Assembly (NCBI GenBank): GCA_002353885.1
Contig: DEKO01000147.1
Location: 4,443-68,442 of the forward strand
Direction of reading: 5' to 3'
DNA: 64,000 bases
Source: Porphyromonadaceae bacterium UBA2720
GTDB lineage: Bacteria; Bacteroidota; Bacteroidia; Bacteroidales; Muribaculaceae
Both the position numbers and the translations under genes were made by a program. The notes beneath the pieces were generated by a model. That model was not told the DNA's origin. It did no database searches and saw only the letters and a program-made list of their open reading frames with translations. Below are positions 1-9,667 of the stretch, one piece after another. Positions within the stretch are counted from its first letter, which is position 1; every line of letters starts with the position of its first letter.

Positions 1-282
1 CGCATAATTGTGCCAACCTTGTCTCTCGTCAAGTTTCTGAAATGTTAGCACATTAGAAACCTGAATTAGGGAAAATGGTGTGTTCGTTTATAAAATCAGC
101 ACAAATTACGGAAAAAACGTTGAGACTTACAAGTGTTTGCTAAAAAAAGTGTGTTTTTGTGGCCAAAAACTGCCGATTTGGGTTAGTCATCTAAACATCA
201 AAGGCACGCACAACTGTGACAGTCGGTGCGTGCTATGATGTTGTGTCTCATTTTTCTGAGACGTTCTTCCCGTCGGGGATGA

Positions 283-708
283 TTACTTGGCGGGAGCGGC
301 AGGAGCCTGCTGTGCCGGAGCTGTTGAGGCGGGTGCCTGTGCAGCCGGTGCCTTCTGGGCATCTTGTGCAGGAGCTTGAGCAGCAGCCTTCTGGTCACCC
401 TCGGCCTCGGTGCCAAATGCAGGAGCCTGAGTCTCGGTGGTGGGCAGCTTCTTGATTTGCGGTGCGCCTTGCACGATGCTGGGTGCCTGAACAAACGCCG
501 AAGCGATGCTCAGCACGCAGATAAAGATGGCCAGTCCCCAGGTTGCCTTTTCGACGAACTCGGTAGTGCGCTTGACGCCAGCGAACTGGTTGTACCCGCT
601 AACGTTGGCAGCCAGACCTCCGCCCTTGGACTTCTGAATCAGGACAACGCCCACGAGGAGCACAGATGCAATCAAAATCAAGACTGCAAAAATTACATAG
701 AGTGTCAT
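283..708 (-). CDS. secG: Preprotein translocase subunit SecG with Ala/Pro/Gln-rich C-terminal tail
   Basis: VLIQKSKGGGLA...TEFVEKATW SecG signature, two TM segments; last gene of the minus-strand operon. Confidence 0.93.
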   Translation of the reverse strand: MTLYVIFAVLILIASVLLVGVVLIQKSKGGGLAANVSGYNQFAGVKRTTEFVEKATWGLAIFICVLSIASAFVQAPSIVQGAPQIKKLPTTETQAPAFGTEAEGDQKAAAQAPAQDAQKAPAAQAPASTAPAQQAPAAPAK

Positions 709-712
709 ATCG

Positions 713-1471
713 TTAATTTTGGTTTAAAAGTTTCTGATTTAACACCAATTTCCGTAAAAAGCGAATTTGGTCTGCAAAGTAAATACTTTTTTCTGGATTA
801 TCGGCACTAATATGCTCAATAATTTCAAGTGCCTGTGCAAATTTCTTTCCGGCGATGTAGCTCATGGCTAGGCTTTCGGAGAACATGGTGTCATCGTTCT
901 GCACAGGTTTATCAACCTGATCTTGAGCTATTTCGGCAACCTCTTCGGCCTCGACGTGTGGCTGTGAAGGTGCCTGTGCGACCTGTCTTTCTCGCTCCTG
1001 ACTTTGTGCGATAAAATTGTCGATGAGTTGGTCTTGGTCGCTCATAGGTTGCTTGTGCCTGTTGGCTTTCTCTGCCTTGTCCTGTGCCGCTAGCACGTCG
1101 GCATAGTCGGGCATCGGGTTGAAGATAGCCTGGCTGATGGCCTGTATTTCTTTTTCGCTCGAGTGTCCATACTGGTCAAGGAACTTGTCGATGGTAGCCT
1201 CAGTGTCGGGTGTGTCGGGCTGTGGCTCGCTAGGGTAGAAGTTCTCGAAAGCCTTTGCATCCTCTCCCAGTTGCAGTGCCAGTGCCCTGCGGTCGGGGCA
1301 TGCGATGGCCAGTCGCGCCAGCAGGTCTTCGTTTCCGGCGATGCCGTTGCGTTTGAGAAAGATGAGCATCGGCAGTGTTGAGTAAGGTGCTTCGCTCATG
1401 GCCTTGTCAAGCCATTCTCGTGTGACAGGCATCGTGTCGTCGTCGAGTATGTGTTGCAAATCGTCAGTCAT
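713..1471 (-). CDS. Conserved Bacteroidetes hypothetical protein (C-terminal TPR-like helix, PEKSIYFADQIRFL)
   Basis: ORF 713..1702 trimmed to ATG at 1471 (MTDDLQH) to avoid overlap with lptE; typical gene between lptE and secG. Confidence 0.8.
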   Translation of the reverse strand: MTDDLQHILDDDTMPVTREWLDKAMSEAPYSTLPMLIFLKRNGIAGNEDLLARLAIACPDRRALALQLGEDAKAFENFYPSEPQPDTPDTEATIDKFLDQYGHSSEKEIQAISQAIFNPMPDYADVLAAQDKAEKANRHKQPMSDQDQLIDNFIAQSQERERQVAQAPSQPHVEAEEVAEIAQDQVDKPVQNDDTMFSESLAMSYIAGKKFAQALEIIEHISADNPEKSIYFADQIRFLRKLVLNQKLLNQN

Positions 1472-1496
1472 GTCGGTTGTGAGATGTCGGTGGTAG

Positions 1497-2021
1497 TTAC
1501 CAGTTGCCCAGTGTGGCGTTGAAGATGAGGTCAGAGAGGTCTTTTGTGATCTGGTTGCAGAGCTCGTCTTGCACATCGGTAAGCATTTCGCTGCTCGAGA
1601 AGTCTCGATAGGCCGAGAACGTCTGGTCGGTGGACAGTTCTGGCTTGCGGTTGTCGATATACTTGATGCGCACGGTGATGGTGAGCCTTGTCTGGCTGGC
1701 ATATGCGTCCTCGCCCACGGCCTGTGGCGAGAGGCTGTAACCCGTGATTTCGCCTTCCATGCGCAGGTCGCTTGCCGCGTTGTCGACTACCCGCAGTCGT
1801 GTCTGCTGCTCAATCATGTCGATCATGCGGTTCTCAAACAGTTGCTGTAGTGGCGGGTAGACCAGTGCTGCTCGTATTGGGAACTCTCCGAACGAGATGG
1901 AGCGATAGGTGTTGTAGTCGATTGACGCGCCATTGAGTGTGTATCGCGGCAGGCATGCTTGCACCATGGGCATCAGCGCCATGGTGATGATCAGTGTGAG
2001 TATTTTGAGTGGGCGTGTCAT
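1497..2021 (-). CDS. lptE: LPS assembly lipoprotein LptE-like
   Basis: Lipoprotein signal (VQAC), motifs LRMEGEITGY, RLTITVRIKY, IFNATLGNW. Confidence 0.8.
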   Translation of the reverse strand: MTRPLKILTLIITMALMPMVQACLPRYTLNGASIDYNTYRSISFGEFPIRAALVYPPLQQLFENRMIDMIEQQTRLRVVDNAASDLRMEGEITGYSLSPQAVGEDAYASQTRLTITVRIKYIDNRKPELSTDQTFSAYRDFSSSEMLTDVQDELCNQITKDLSDLIFNATLGNW

Positions 2022-3298
2022 CTGTCCAGGTTGTAGAGCTTGATTTTGCGGTAGAGTGTTCTCTCGCTGATTTGCAGCTCTTGTGCTGTGGCCTTGCGCC
2101 GTCCTCCGTTGCGGTTGAGCGACTCGATGATGGCTTCGCGTTCGGTCTCCTCAAGTGTCTTGACGTGCTGTGCCTCGACTTCCATCACTTGGTTGTCGCC
2201 ATTGAGTTCCATCACTTGTTCATATGGCTGGTCGATGGTTTGCGGCTTGTGTGATGTGATGTCCCGTGGCTGTATGAACGACTCGTGCTCGCGTCCATAG
2301 CCCAGTTGCTTGGACTCTCGTCTGAGTTCGGCCATGTTCATCGAGTAGTGTGGCGTGACGGGTGGGGCTGGCGCTCCGCTCATCTGCTTCTTGATGTCGT
2401 CAATCTCGTTTTGCAGCTTGGTGATGATGGCAAACATCATCTCACGGTCACGCGAGTAGTCGACCTGTGCCGGTGCGCCGACAGTTGCCAGTTCGGCCTT
2501 GGGCAGGTAGTCGCTGAGTGTGTCGGCTGTGACTATTGTGCCAGCCTCGAACAGTGCCACCTGCTCGATGATGTTCTTGAGTTGTCGCACGTTGCCCGGC
2601 CAGTGATATCCCAGCAGTCGACGTCGTGCGCTGTCGTCGAGTTCGACCTCCTCGACGTGGTTGTTGTCGACAAAGTCGTGCAAGAACTTGCGTGTGAGCA
2701 GCAGGATGTCGTTTCCGCGCTCACGCAGTGGTGGCACATCGATTTGCACGGTCGAGAGTCGGTAGTAGAGGTCCTCGCGGAACTTGCCGTCCTTGATGGC
2801 TTGCGGCAGGTCTTTATTGGTGGCAGCCACGACACGAATGTCGGTCTTCTGTACGGTGCTTGATCCGACCTTGATAAACTCGCCGCTCTCGAGTACGCGC
2901 AGCAGTCTAGCCTGTGTGCTGAGGGGCATCTCGGCCACCTCGTCGAGAAAGATGACTCCACCGTTAGCTTCCTCGAAGTATCCCTTGTGGTCTCGGTCAG
3001 CCCCAGTGAACGAACCCTTGACGTGTCCGAATAGCTCGCTGTCGATGGTGCCCTCGGGGATGGCTCCACAGTTGACGGCAATATACTTCTTGTGCTTGCG
3101 TGGGCTGTTCTCGTAGATGATTTTAGGGAAGTGCTCCTTGCCCGATCCGCTCTCGCCGATGACAAGGACCGAGAGGTCGACCTGCGCCACTCGCAGTGCG
3201 CGCTCGATGGCAGCGCGCAGTGCCGGTGCCTGTCCGATGATCGAGAAGCGCTGTTGCACTTGCAGCACCTGTTTATTCATATCATTTTTTTGTGCCAT
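2018..3298 (-). CDS. Sigma-54-dependent Fis-family transcriptional regulator (AAA+ and HTH, no receiver domain)
   Basis: Walker A GESGSGKE, ELFGHVKGSFTGA, FLDEV, FREDLYYRL, WPGNVRQL, C-terminal LQISERTLYRK HTH. Confidence 0.93.
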   Translation of the reverse strand: MAQKNDMNKQVLQVQQRFSIIGQAPALRAAIERALRVAQVDLSVLVIGESGSGKEHFPKIIYENSPRKHKKYIAVNCGAIPEGTIDSELFGHVKGSFTGADRDHKGYFEEANGGVIFLDEVAEMPLSTQARLLRVLESGEFIKVGSSTVQKTDIRVVAATNKDLPQAIKDGKFREDLYYRLSTVQIDVPPLRERGNDILLLTRKFLHDFVDNNHVEEVELDDSARRRLLGYHWPGNVRQLKNIIEQVALFEAGTIVTADTLSDYLPKAELATVGAPAQVDYSRDREMMFAIITKLQNEIDDIKKQMSGAPAPPVTPHYSMNMAELRRESKQLGYGREHESFIQPRDITSHKPQTIDQPYEQVMELNGDNQVMEVEAQHVKTLEETEREAIIESLNRNGGRRKATAQELQISERTLYRKIKLYNLDR

Positions 3299-3323
3299 AC
3301 CTTATTTATATAGTAATTTTAAA

Positions 3324-3381
3324 AGACCGCGCTTTGCGCTGGTAGATCGTTTCGATGGTAGACCGCGCTTTGCGCTGGTAG
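3324..3381 (-). repeat. Orphan CTACCAGC/GCGGT repeat arm with mini-hairpins
   Basis: Three-unit tract closely matching the right arm of the cassette at 15531-15588. Confidence 0.85.
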
Positions 3382-3397
3382 TGGATAGATGTTATTA

Positions 3398-3452
3398 TAC
3401 ATTATGCATTATGAATTATGCATTGTGCATTATGCATTATTAAAATGCATTG
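3398..3452. repeat. Heptamer tandem repeat (TGCATTA)n
   Basis: tacatta tgcatta tgaatta tgcattg tgcatta tgcatta ... tgcattg. Confidence 0.9.
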
Positions 3453-4286
3453 TCAGTCCCACTGCTTCATGGCATAGGTCTGCTGCTTAAGGAAAGTGCC
3501 TAACTCGTCGGCAGTGGGGTGCTGTGCCAGTGTCTCGGGCAAGATGGGTTGCCCTACCGAGATGCGGAACGTGTCGCCCTTGCGTCTGAAGACTTCGCTG
3601 GGCAGCTTGAGTGTGCGCAGGCGCCAGTCGATCATCCCCAAGATGGTGAATGTGATGCTGTTATGCCCGTGGAAATAGATGGGAATGACAGGTACTTTGA
3701 GCTTCTGAATGAGGCGGATGACGCTGGGTTGCCACTGTCGGTCCTCGATGTGCAAGTCGTGTGTAAACTTGCTCACAGCCCCTGCTGGGAAGAATCCCAG
3801 CGGGTGGCCCTCACGCACATGAGTCATGGCCTGTGCGATGCCACGCATGCTCACTGCTCGCTTGGCCGGGTCGTCGCTCTGCAGGGCATCGACGGCAATG
3901 AAGTTGGGCCGCATGGCGCTGATGTAGTTCAGTATCATATTGACCATCACCTTGAAGTCGTCACGGTGCTCGCCGATGAGCTTGATGAGCATGATGCCGT
4001 CCAGTGCACCGAAGGGGTGGTTGCTCACTGTGATGAACGCTCCTTGTGGCAGGTTGTCCAGCACCTCTTGCCCTCGCACCTTGATGGTGATGTTCAGGTC
4101 GTTGAGCAGACCTTGCACAAAGGGCACTCCCGGCGTGTCGCAGTTGTGGTCGTGTATCCAGTTGACCTTGTCGATGGCGAGCATGCGCGACAAGAAGCTC
4201 ACCAGCCTCGGCTTGCCGTCAAACCAAGGCACCATCTGTCGTATGTCGTCGTAGTCGAGTACGGTTCGTTTAATCGGTTGAGCCAT
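3453..4286 (-). CDS. Lysophospholipid/glycerol acyltransferase (PlsC domain)
   Basis: NHPFGALDG (HxxxxD) and FFPAG motifs; start moved to MAQPIK because a promoter lies at 4309-4316. Confidence 0.88.
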   Translation of the reverse strand: MAQPIKRTVLDYDDIRQMVPWFDGKPRLVSFLSRMLAIDKVNWIHDHNCDTPGVPFVQGLLNDLNITIKVRGQEVLDNLPQGAFITVSNHPFGALDGIMLIKLIGEHRDDFKVMVNMILNYISAMRPNFIAVDALQSDDPAKRAVSMRGIAQAMTHVREGHPLGFFPAGAVSKFTHDLHIEDRQWQPSVIRLIQKLKVPVIPIYFHGHNSITFTILGMIDWRLRTLKLPSEVFRRKGDTFRISVGQPILPETLAQHPTADELGTFLKQQTYAMKQWD

Positions 4287-4308
4287 TGCATTTTTGAGTT
4301 GTGGGCTG

Positions 4309-4316
4309 CAAAGGTA
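4309..4316 (-). promoter_or_regulatory. Bacteroidetes -7 promoter box TACCTTTG
   Basis: Matches TAnnTTTG, 22 nt upstream of the acyltransferase ATG. Confidence 0.7.
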
Positions 4317-4612
4317 CAACATTTTTTTGACATGTGTGACAATTTGTCAGATTTTTTGCTTTTTAGGGCTTTAAATTTCATCATTTTTTGCTCGAATTGG
4401 GGTGGTGAAAGGGCTATAATGTTTGCAGACGCAAACAGGCTGACAAATGACTGAAAGTTACCTGCTTGGGGTGGTGTTGAGAAGGTTGTTAATAACTTTT
4501 TTAGTGAAAAATTTGCAAAATCAAATTTGGGATTCCAAATTATCCAGAAAAAGTTAGTAACTTTACACCCTCAAAACCATATGCAACTGATCGAAGCGCA
4601 ACTTTACCAGTC

Positions 4613-5527
4613 ATGAACGACGTTGTTTATCACATACCTGCTCTGCTTGAAGAGTGTCTTAATGGCTTGAATATCAATCCAGATGGCACCTATGTTGATG
4701 TCACCTTCGGTGGTGGTGGTCACAGCCGTGCCATCGTCGAGCGGCTTTCGCCGCTAGGTCACCTGTATGGCATGGACCAGGACATCGACGCTAGTCGCAA
4801 CCGCATCGACGACCCTCGGTTCACCTTTGTGCTGAGCAACTTTGCCTATCTCAAGAACTTCATGCGCTATTATGGCGTGGCAGGTGTTGACGGCATCTTG
4901 GCCGACCTGGGTGTGTCGTTTCACCACTTCGACGACTCGGAGCGAGGATTCTCGTTCCGCTTCGACGGGCAGCTGGACATGCGCATGAACCGGTCGGCGT
5001 CGCTCGATGCGCGCCAAGTGATCGCCACCTACAGCGAGGAAGAGCTTGCGCGCGTGCTGTATCTCTACGGCGAGCTCAAGCAGAGCCGTCAGATGGCGCG
5101 TGCCATCGTCAAGGCCCGCGCTCAGAGCAGCATCGACACGACCTTGCAGCTGATTGATGTCGTGCAGCCGCACATCCGCCGCAGCCAGGAGAAGAAAGAG
5201 CTGGCCCAGGTGTTCCAGGCACTGCGCATCGAGGTCAACCACGAGGTGGACGTGCTCAAGCGCCTGTTGCAGTCGTCGCTCGATGTGCTGCGTCCTGGCG
5301 GCCGCCTGGTGGTCATCACCTATCACTCGCTCGAAGACCGTCTGGTCAAGAACTTCATGCGCTCGGGCAACATCGAGGGGCAGGTCGTCAAGGACTTCTA
5401 TGGCCGCGTGCAGTCGCCACTCGAGCTGGTCAACAACAAGGTCATCACGCCCAGCGAGGCCGAGGTCGAGCGCAACCCCCGCTCACGCAGCGCCAAGCTG
5501 CGCATCGCGCAAAAAACATGTGATTGA
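4613..5527 (+). CDS. rsmH: 16S rRNA m4C1402 methyltransferase
   Basis: HIPALL, DVTFGGGGHS, DLGVS, YHSLEDR, NPRSRSAKLR. Confidence 0.97.
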   Translation: MNDVVYHIPALLEECLNGLNINPDGTYVDVTFGGGGHSRAIVERLSPLGHLYGMDQDIDASRNRIDDPRFTFVLSNFAYLKNFMRYYGVAGVDGILADLGVSFHHFDDSERGFSFRFDGQLDMRMNRSASLDARQVIATYSEEELARVLYLYGELKQSRQMARAIVKARAQSSIDTTLQLIDVVQPHIRRSQEKKELAQVFQALRIEVNHEVDVLKRLLQSSLDVLRPGGRLVVITYHSLEDRLVKNFMRSGNIEGQVVKDFYGRVQSPLELVNNKVITPSEAEVERNPRSRSAKLRIAQKTCD

Positions 5528-5575
5528 GTTTTGCTATTTTAGGCTCTATCAGACACAAAATCAAGTAACTATAAC

Positions 5576-5983
5576 ATGAACGAAGACGAGAATAGAAATA
5601 TTGAGGCCGAGGAACAGAGCGGCGAACAGACGCAGAAGCAGCGGCGCAAGCGTCGCAGCGGCAAGGCCCAGAAGGCCGTGCGAGGCGTGGTGCAGGGACG
5701 CTCGTTCCTGTCGTGGGACTTCTTTAAACGCAACGCAGTCTACATTGTGGCTGCCACCATCATGATGCTGATGTACATCAGCAACAAGTATGTGTGCCAG
5801 AACTACATGCGCGATGTGATGAATCTCAAGGTCGAGCTCGAGAATGCCAAGACCGACTGCGTCAATGCCAGTGCAAAGTATAATTCCATGATACGCGAGA
5901 GCCAGATGACGGCATTTGTCGACACGATGCACATCGACCTGAGCGCACCCGAACAACCCCCCTATCAATTGAGTGAGAAATGA
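5576..5983 (+). CDS. ftsL: FtsL-like cell division protein
   Basis: Single TM followed by coiled coil, position between rsmH and PBP. Confidence 0.75.
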   Translation: MNEDENRNIEAEEQSGEQTQKQRRKRRSGKAQKAVRGVVQGRSFLSWDFFKRNAVYIVAATIMMLMYISNKYVCQNYMRDVMNLKVELENAKTDCVNASAKYNSMIRESQMTAFVDTMHIDLSAPEQPPYQLSEK

Positions 5984-8088
5984 AAGAGACCAACAAAAAA
6001 CACATCTTGCTGCGCTACTCGCTGGTCGTGGGACTGGTGCTGGCGTTCTCTGTGGCCATCGTTTGGGACATGTTCAAGACGGCCGTGGTGTATGGTGCCG
6101 AGTGGAACAGCAAGGCCGACAGTGTGCTGACCAAGGAGACTCCCATCGAGCCTGAGCGTGGCAAACTGCTGGCCGACAACGGCACTGTGCTTGCGGCCAA
6201 CCTGCAATATTACATTGCTCGCATCGACTGGCTTGCAGCCGGCATGAAGAAGGACTCGCTGGACAAGTATCTGCCGGCCTTGTGCGACAGCCTGGCCGTG
6301 CTCGAGCCGTCGAAGGACGCCCAGCAGTGGCGCGCCGAGCTGCTCGAGTCGTATGAGCGCATCACCACCGACAAGAAAAAGAAGAACCACAGCTACCGCC
6401 TGATTCGCCGCATGCTCACCCACGGCGAGTGGCAGCGGCTGAAGGAATTCCCCTTCTTCAAGCAATATGGGTTGAAGAAAGGCATCCTCTACAGCGAGCG
6501 TCAGGTGCGCCGTAGCCGCCCCTACGGCTCAATGGCCTCGCGCAGCATCGGCAATGTGGGCCAGGACTCGACCAGTTCGTGCATCCGCGGGCGTTCGGGT
6601 CTGGAGATGGCGCTCGACTCGCTGCTCTATGGCGAGCCGGGTGTGGCCACACGCATCCAGCTGACCAACAACATTGTCAACCACGAGAGTAAGCCCGCCG
6701 TTCCGGGCTATGACATCACCACCACCATCAATGTGGCGCTGCAAGACATCGTGGAGAATGAGCTCTACAGCATGCTTCACGAGACCGATGCCCGCTGGGG
6801 CACATGTGTGCTGATGGAGGTTGCCACAGGCGAGATCAAGGCCATCAGCAACCTGGAGTGGAACGACAAGGCCGGCGACTATGTCGAGGGCCGCAACAAT
6901 GCCGTGCTGGGCTATGAGCCCGGCTCGGTGATGAAACCCATCTCGATGATGATAGCCATCGAGGAGGGAGTGGTGGGCAACATCGATGCGCCCATCCCGA
7001 CGGGCACGACGTGGCTCTATGAGGGCCGCGCCATCAATGACCCTCATGGCGGCGCCCAGCTCACCCCGCGCCAGATCATCGAGACGTCGTCTAACGTGGG
7101 CATGTCACGCCTGATTGTCAAGCGCTATGGCAACGACCCTGGCGGGTTCTACGACAAGCTCAAGAGCATGGGCTTCTTCGAGCCATTCCACTCGGGCATC
7201 GGTGGCGAGCAGGCGCCCATCATCCACCGCCTGGGCAAGACGCGTGCCGACAAGGTGGCGCTCACACGAATGGCCTTTGGCTACTCGACGCTCATCCCGC
7301 CGCTGAGTGTGCTGGCCATGTACAATGCCATCGCTAACGACGGCAAGTATGTGCGTCCTCACCTGGTGAAGAAGCTCTCGCGCGAGGGCGAGCCCGACAG
7401 CATCGTGCCGGTGACCTATATCCGGCAGCATGTGTGCAGTCCCGAGACTGCCCAGAAACTGCGAATCATGATGCGCGACGTGGTGTGGGGCAATCGAGGC
7501 ACCGCGCGCAAGTGGCTGCAGGACGACCATGTGGCCATCGCGGGCAAGACTGGCACGGCCTACACCATCAACAGCGATGGCCACTATGGCACGCAGAAGC
7601 GTCTGGCATTCTGCGGCTTCTTCCCCTACGAAAATCCCAAATACTCATGCGTTGTGCTGATGCTGGGTGCCAACCGCGGCGCTGGTGCCAGCAGCGGCAT
7701 GGTGCTCAAGAATGTGGCGCTCAAGATGTATGCCCGCGGATTGCTAGGCGATGCGCCCAACTATGCCGTGACGGTCGACAAGGATGGCAAAGCCGTGCCC
7801 AAGTCGCCGACTCCGGCCAAACTCTTTGCCAGCACCAACCCTCGTCAGGCGTCCAACCTGCAGAAGGGTCTTAGCATCCCCAATGCCAAGGTATTCCAGA
7901 AGCCCGACAACGGCAAGGGTGGTGTGCCCAATGTGCGTGGTCTGTCGGTGCGCGACGCCATCCGCCGTCTGGAGGATGCCGGTCTGTGTGTGCGCTTCAG
8001 CGGCAACGGCTATGTCGTGGGTCAGAGCCTGACGGCGGGCAGCAAGTTTGACCGCGGGCAAGTGATACACTTGACGCTGAGGAATTAG
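5980..8088 (+). CDS. ftsI: Penicillin-binding protein (FtsI/PBP3) with C-terminal PASTA domain
   Basis: EPGSVMK (SxxK), SSN, GKTGTA motifs; PASTA VPNVRGLSVRDA. Confidence 0.93.
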   Translation: MKETNKKHILLRYSLVVGLVLAFSVAIVWDMFKTAVVYGAEWNSKADSVLTKETPIEPERGKLLADNGTVLAANLQYYIARIDWLAAGMKKDSLDKYLPALCDSLAVLEPSKDAQQWRAELLESYERITTDKKKKNHSYRLIRRMLTHGEWQRLKEFPFFKQYGLKKGILYSERQVRRSRPYGSMASRSIGNVGQDSTSSCIRGRSGLEMALDSLLYGEPGVATRIQLTNNIVNHESKPAVPGYDITTTINVALQDIVENELYSMLHETDARWGTCVLMEVATGEIKAISNLEWNDKAGDYVEGRNNAVLGYEPGSVMKPISMMIAIEEGVVGNIDAPIPTGTTWLYEGRAINDPHGGAQLTPRQIIETSSNVGMSRLIVKRYGNDPGGFYDKLKSMGFFEPFHSGIGGEQAPIIHRLGKTRADKVALTRMAFGYSTLIPPLSVLAMYNAIANDGKYVRPHLVKKLSREGEPDSIVPVTYIRQHVCSPETAQKLRIMMRDVVWGNRGTARKWLQDDHVAIAGKTGTAYTINSDGHYGTQKRLAFCGFFPYENPKYSCVVLMLGANRGAGASSGMVLKNVALKMYARGLLGDAPNYAVTVDKDGKAVPKSPTPAKLFASTNPRQASNLQKGLSIPNAKVFQKPDNGKGGVPNVRGLSVRDAIRRLEDAGLCVRFSGNGYVVGQSLTAGSKFDRGQVIHLTLRN

Positions 8089-8116
8089 TTTATAGTTTAT
8101 AGTGTATAGTTTATAG
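8089..8116 (+). repeat. Heptamer tandem repeat (TTTATAG)x4 in register with the ftsI stop
   Basis: tttatag tttatag tgtatag tttatag. Confidence 0.9.
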
Positions 8117-8138
8117 TTAAATGTCCAAAAATTTAATC

Positions 8139-9587
8139 ATGAAGAAACTAAACTTTTTATTGCAAGACTTATGCCCCACCCAGGTTGTGGGCAACACCGA
8201 TATAGACATCACCAATGTGCTGTGCGACTCGCGCCAGGTCAAGGGTGGCGAGCTGTTTGTCGCCGTTGTGGGTGTGGCTGTCGACGCACACCGCTTCATC
8301 CCGCAGGTGACAGAGGCCGGTGCTGCAGCCGTGCTGTGCCAGCAACTGCCGCAAGTGCTGGCCGATGGGGTGACCTATGTCGTGGTGCCCGACACCACAC
8401 GTGCTCTTGCTCTAGTGGCCAGCGCGTGGTATGACCATCCCAGCGAGCACTTGCGTCTGGTAGGTGTGACTGGCACCAACGGCAAGACCACCACGGCCAC
8501 ACTGCTGTATGAACTGATGCAGCATCTGGGCTACAAGGCCGGTCTGCTGTCGACGGTGAAGAATATGATTGACCGCCGTGAGGAGGCAGCGACACAGACC
8601 ACCCCCGACCACCTGAACCTCAACCGTCTGTTGCATGAGATGGTCGTGGCAGGTTGCGACTATGCCTTCATGGAGGTGAGCAGCCATGCGTGTGTGCAGC
8701 ATCGCATCGATGGCCTGCGCTGGGCTGGTGGTGTATTCACCAACCTGACGCAGGACCACCTGGACTATCACAAGACCATGGACGAGTATCTCAGGGCCAA
8801 GAAGATGTTCTTCGACTCACTGCCTGCCGAGGCCTTCGCTCTGGTCAACGTCGACGACAAGGTGGGCCGGGTGATGTTACAGAACTGTCAGGCGCAGCAT
8901 CACACCTATGCGCTGCGCACGATGGCCGATTTCAACTGCCGTCTGGTCGAGGAGCGCATCGATGGCATGAGCTTGCAGATCAATGGGCGTGACGTGGAGG
9001 TGTTGCTCACCGGCCGCTTCAATGCCTACAACTTGACAGCCATTGCTGCCACAGCGATGCTGCTGGGCATCGACCGCGATGATGTGTTGGTGAGCCTGAG
9101 CCAGTTGCATGCCGCTGATGGCCGCTTCCAGACGTTGCATGCGCCCAAGGGTTTCACTGCCATCGTCGACTATGCTCACACGCCCGATGCGCTGATCAAC
9201 GTACTCGACACCATCCGCGACCTGGTTCGCGGGCGCGGGCAGGTGATCTGCGTGTGTGGTTGCGGTGGCGACCGCGATGCCACCAAGCGCCCCATCATGG
9301 CGCATGAGGCAGCGCTTCGCAGCGATCGCACTATCCTCACCAGCGACAACCCTCGCACCGAGGATCCCGAGGCCATCTTGCGCGACATGGAGGCCGGTCT
9401 GAGCGACGATGACCGTCAGCACACCATCAAGATTACCGACCGTCGCGAGGCCATCCGCACCGCCTGCCTGCTGGCGCAGCCGGGCGACGTGGTGCTGGTT
9501 GCCGGCAAGGGTCACGAGACCTATCAGGACGTGATGGGCGTCAAGCACCACTTCGACGACCGCGAGGAGTTGCGGGCGTGCTTCTAA
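8139..9587 (+). CDS. murE: UDP-MurNAc-dipeptide--DAP ligase
   Basis: GVTGTNGKTT, MEVSSH, DYAHTPD, DNPR (DAP-type), AGKGHE; alternative start 8121. Confidence 0.96.
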   Translation: MKKLNFLLQDLCPTQVVGNTDIDITNVLCDSRQVKGGELFVAVVGVAVDAHRFIPQVTEAGAAAVLCQQLPQVLADGVTYVVVPDTTRALALVASAWYDHPSEHLRLVGVTGTNGKTTTATLLYELMQHLGYKAGLLSTVKNMIDRREEAATQTTPDHLNLNRLLHEMVVAGCDYAFMEVSSHACVQHRIDGLRWAGGVFTNLTQDHLDYHKTMDEYLRAKKMFFDSLPAEAFALVNVDDKVGRVMLQNCQAQHHTYALRTMADFNCRLVEERIDGMSLQINGRDVEVLLTGRFNAYNLTAIAATAMLLGIDRDDVLVSLSQLHAADGRFQTLHAPKGFTAIVDYAHTPDALINVLDTIRDLVRGRGQVICVCGCGGDRDATKRPIMAHEAALRSDRTILTSDNPRTEDPEAILRDMEAGLSDDDRQHTIKITDRREAIRTACLLAQPGDVVLVAGKGHETYQDVMGVKHHFDDREELRACF

Positions 9588-9667
9588 TCACTGCCACGAC
9601 TAAGGCCGCGGCATAGCCAACAGAACGAAATTATCCATTATTCATTACTCAATATTCATTAATCACG

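Noticed and set aside
1-18. Canonical sigma54 promoter
   Set aside because: GG-to-GC spacing is 9 rather than 10 nt, and the context is cut off by the window edge.
283-440. QAPA-like repeats in the secG tail as a DNA repeat element
   Set aside because: In-frame low-complexity linker with codon-level variation; not the 7-nt periodic type.
2990-3030. GSFTGA instead of GAFTGA as loss of sigma54 contact
   Set aside because: GSFTGA is a known variant that keeps the key Phe and Thr residues.
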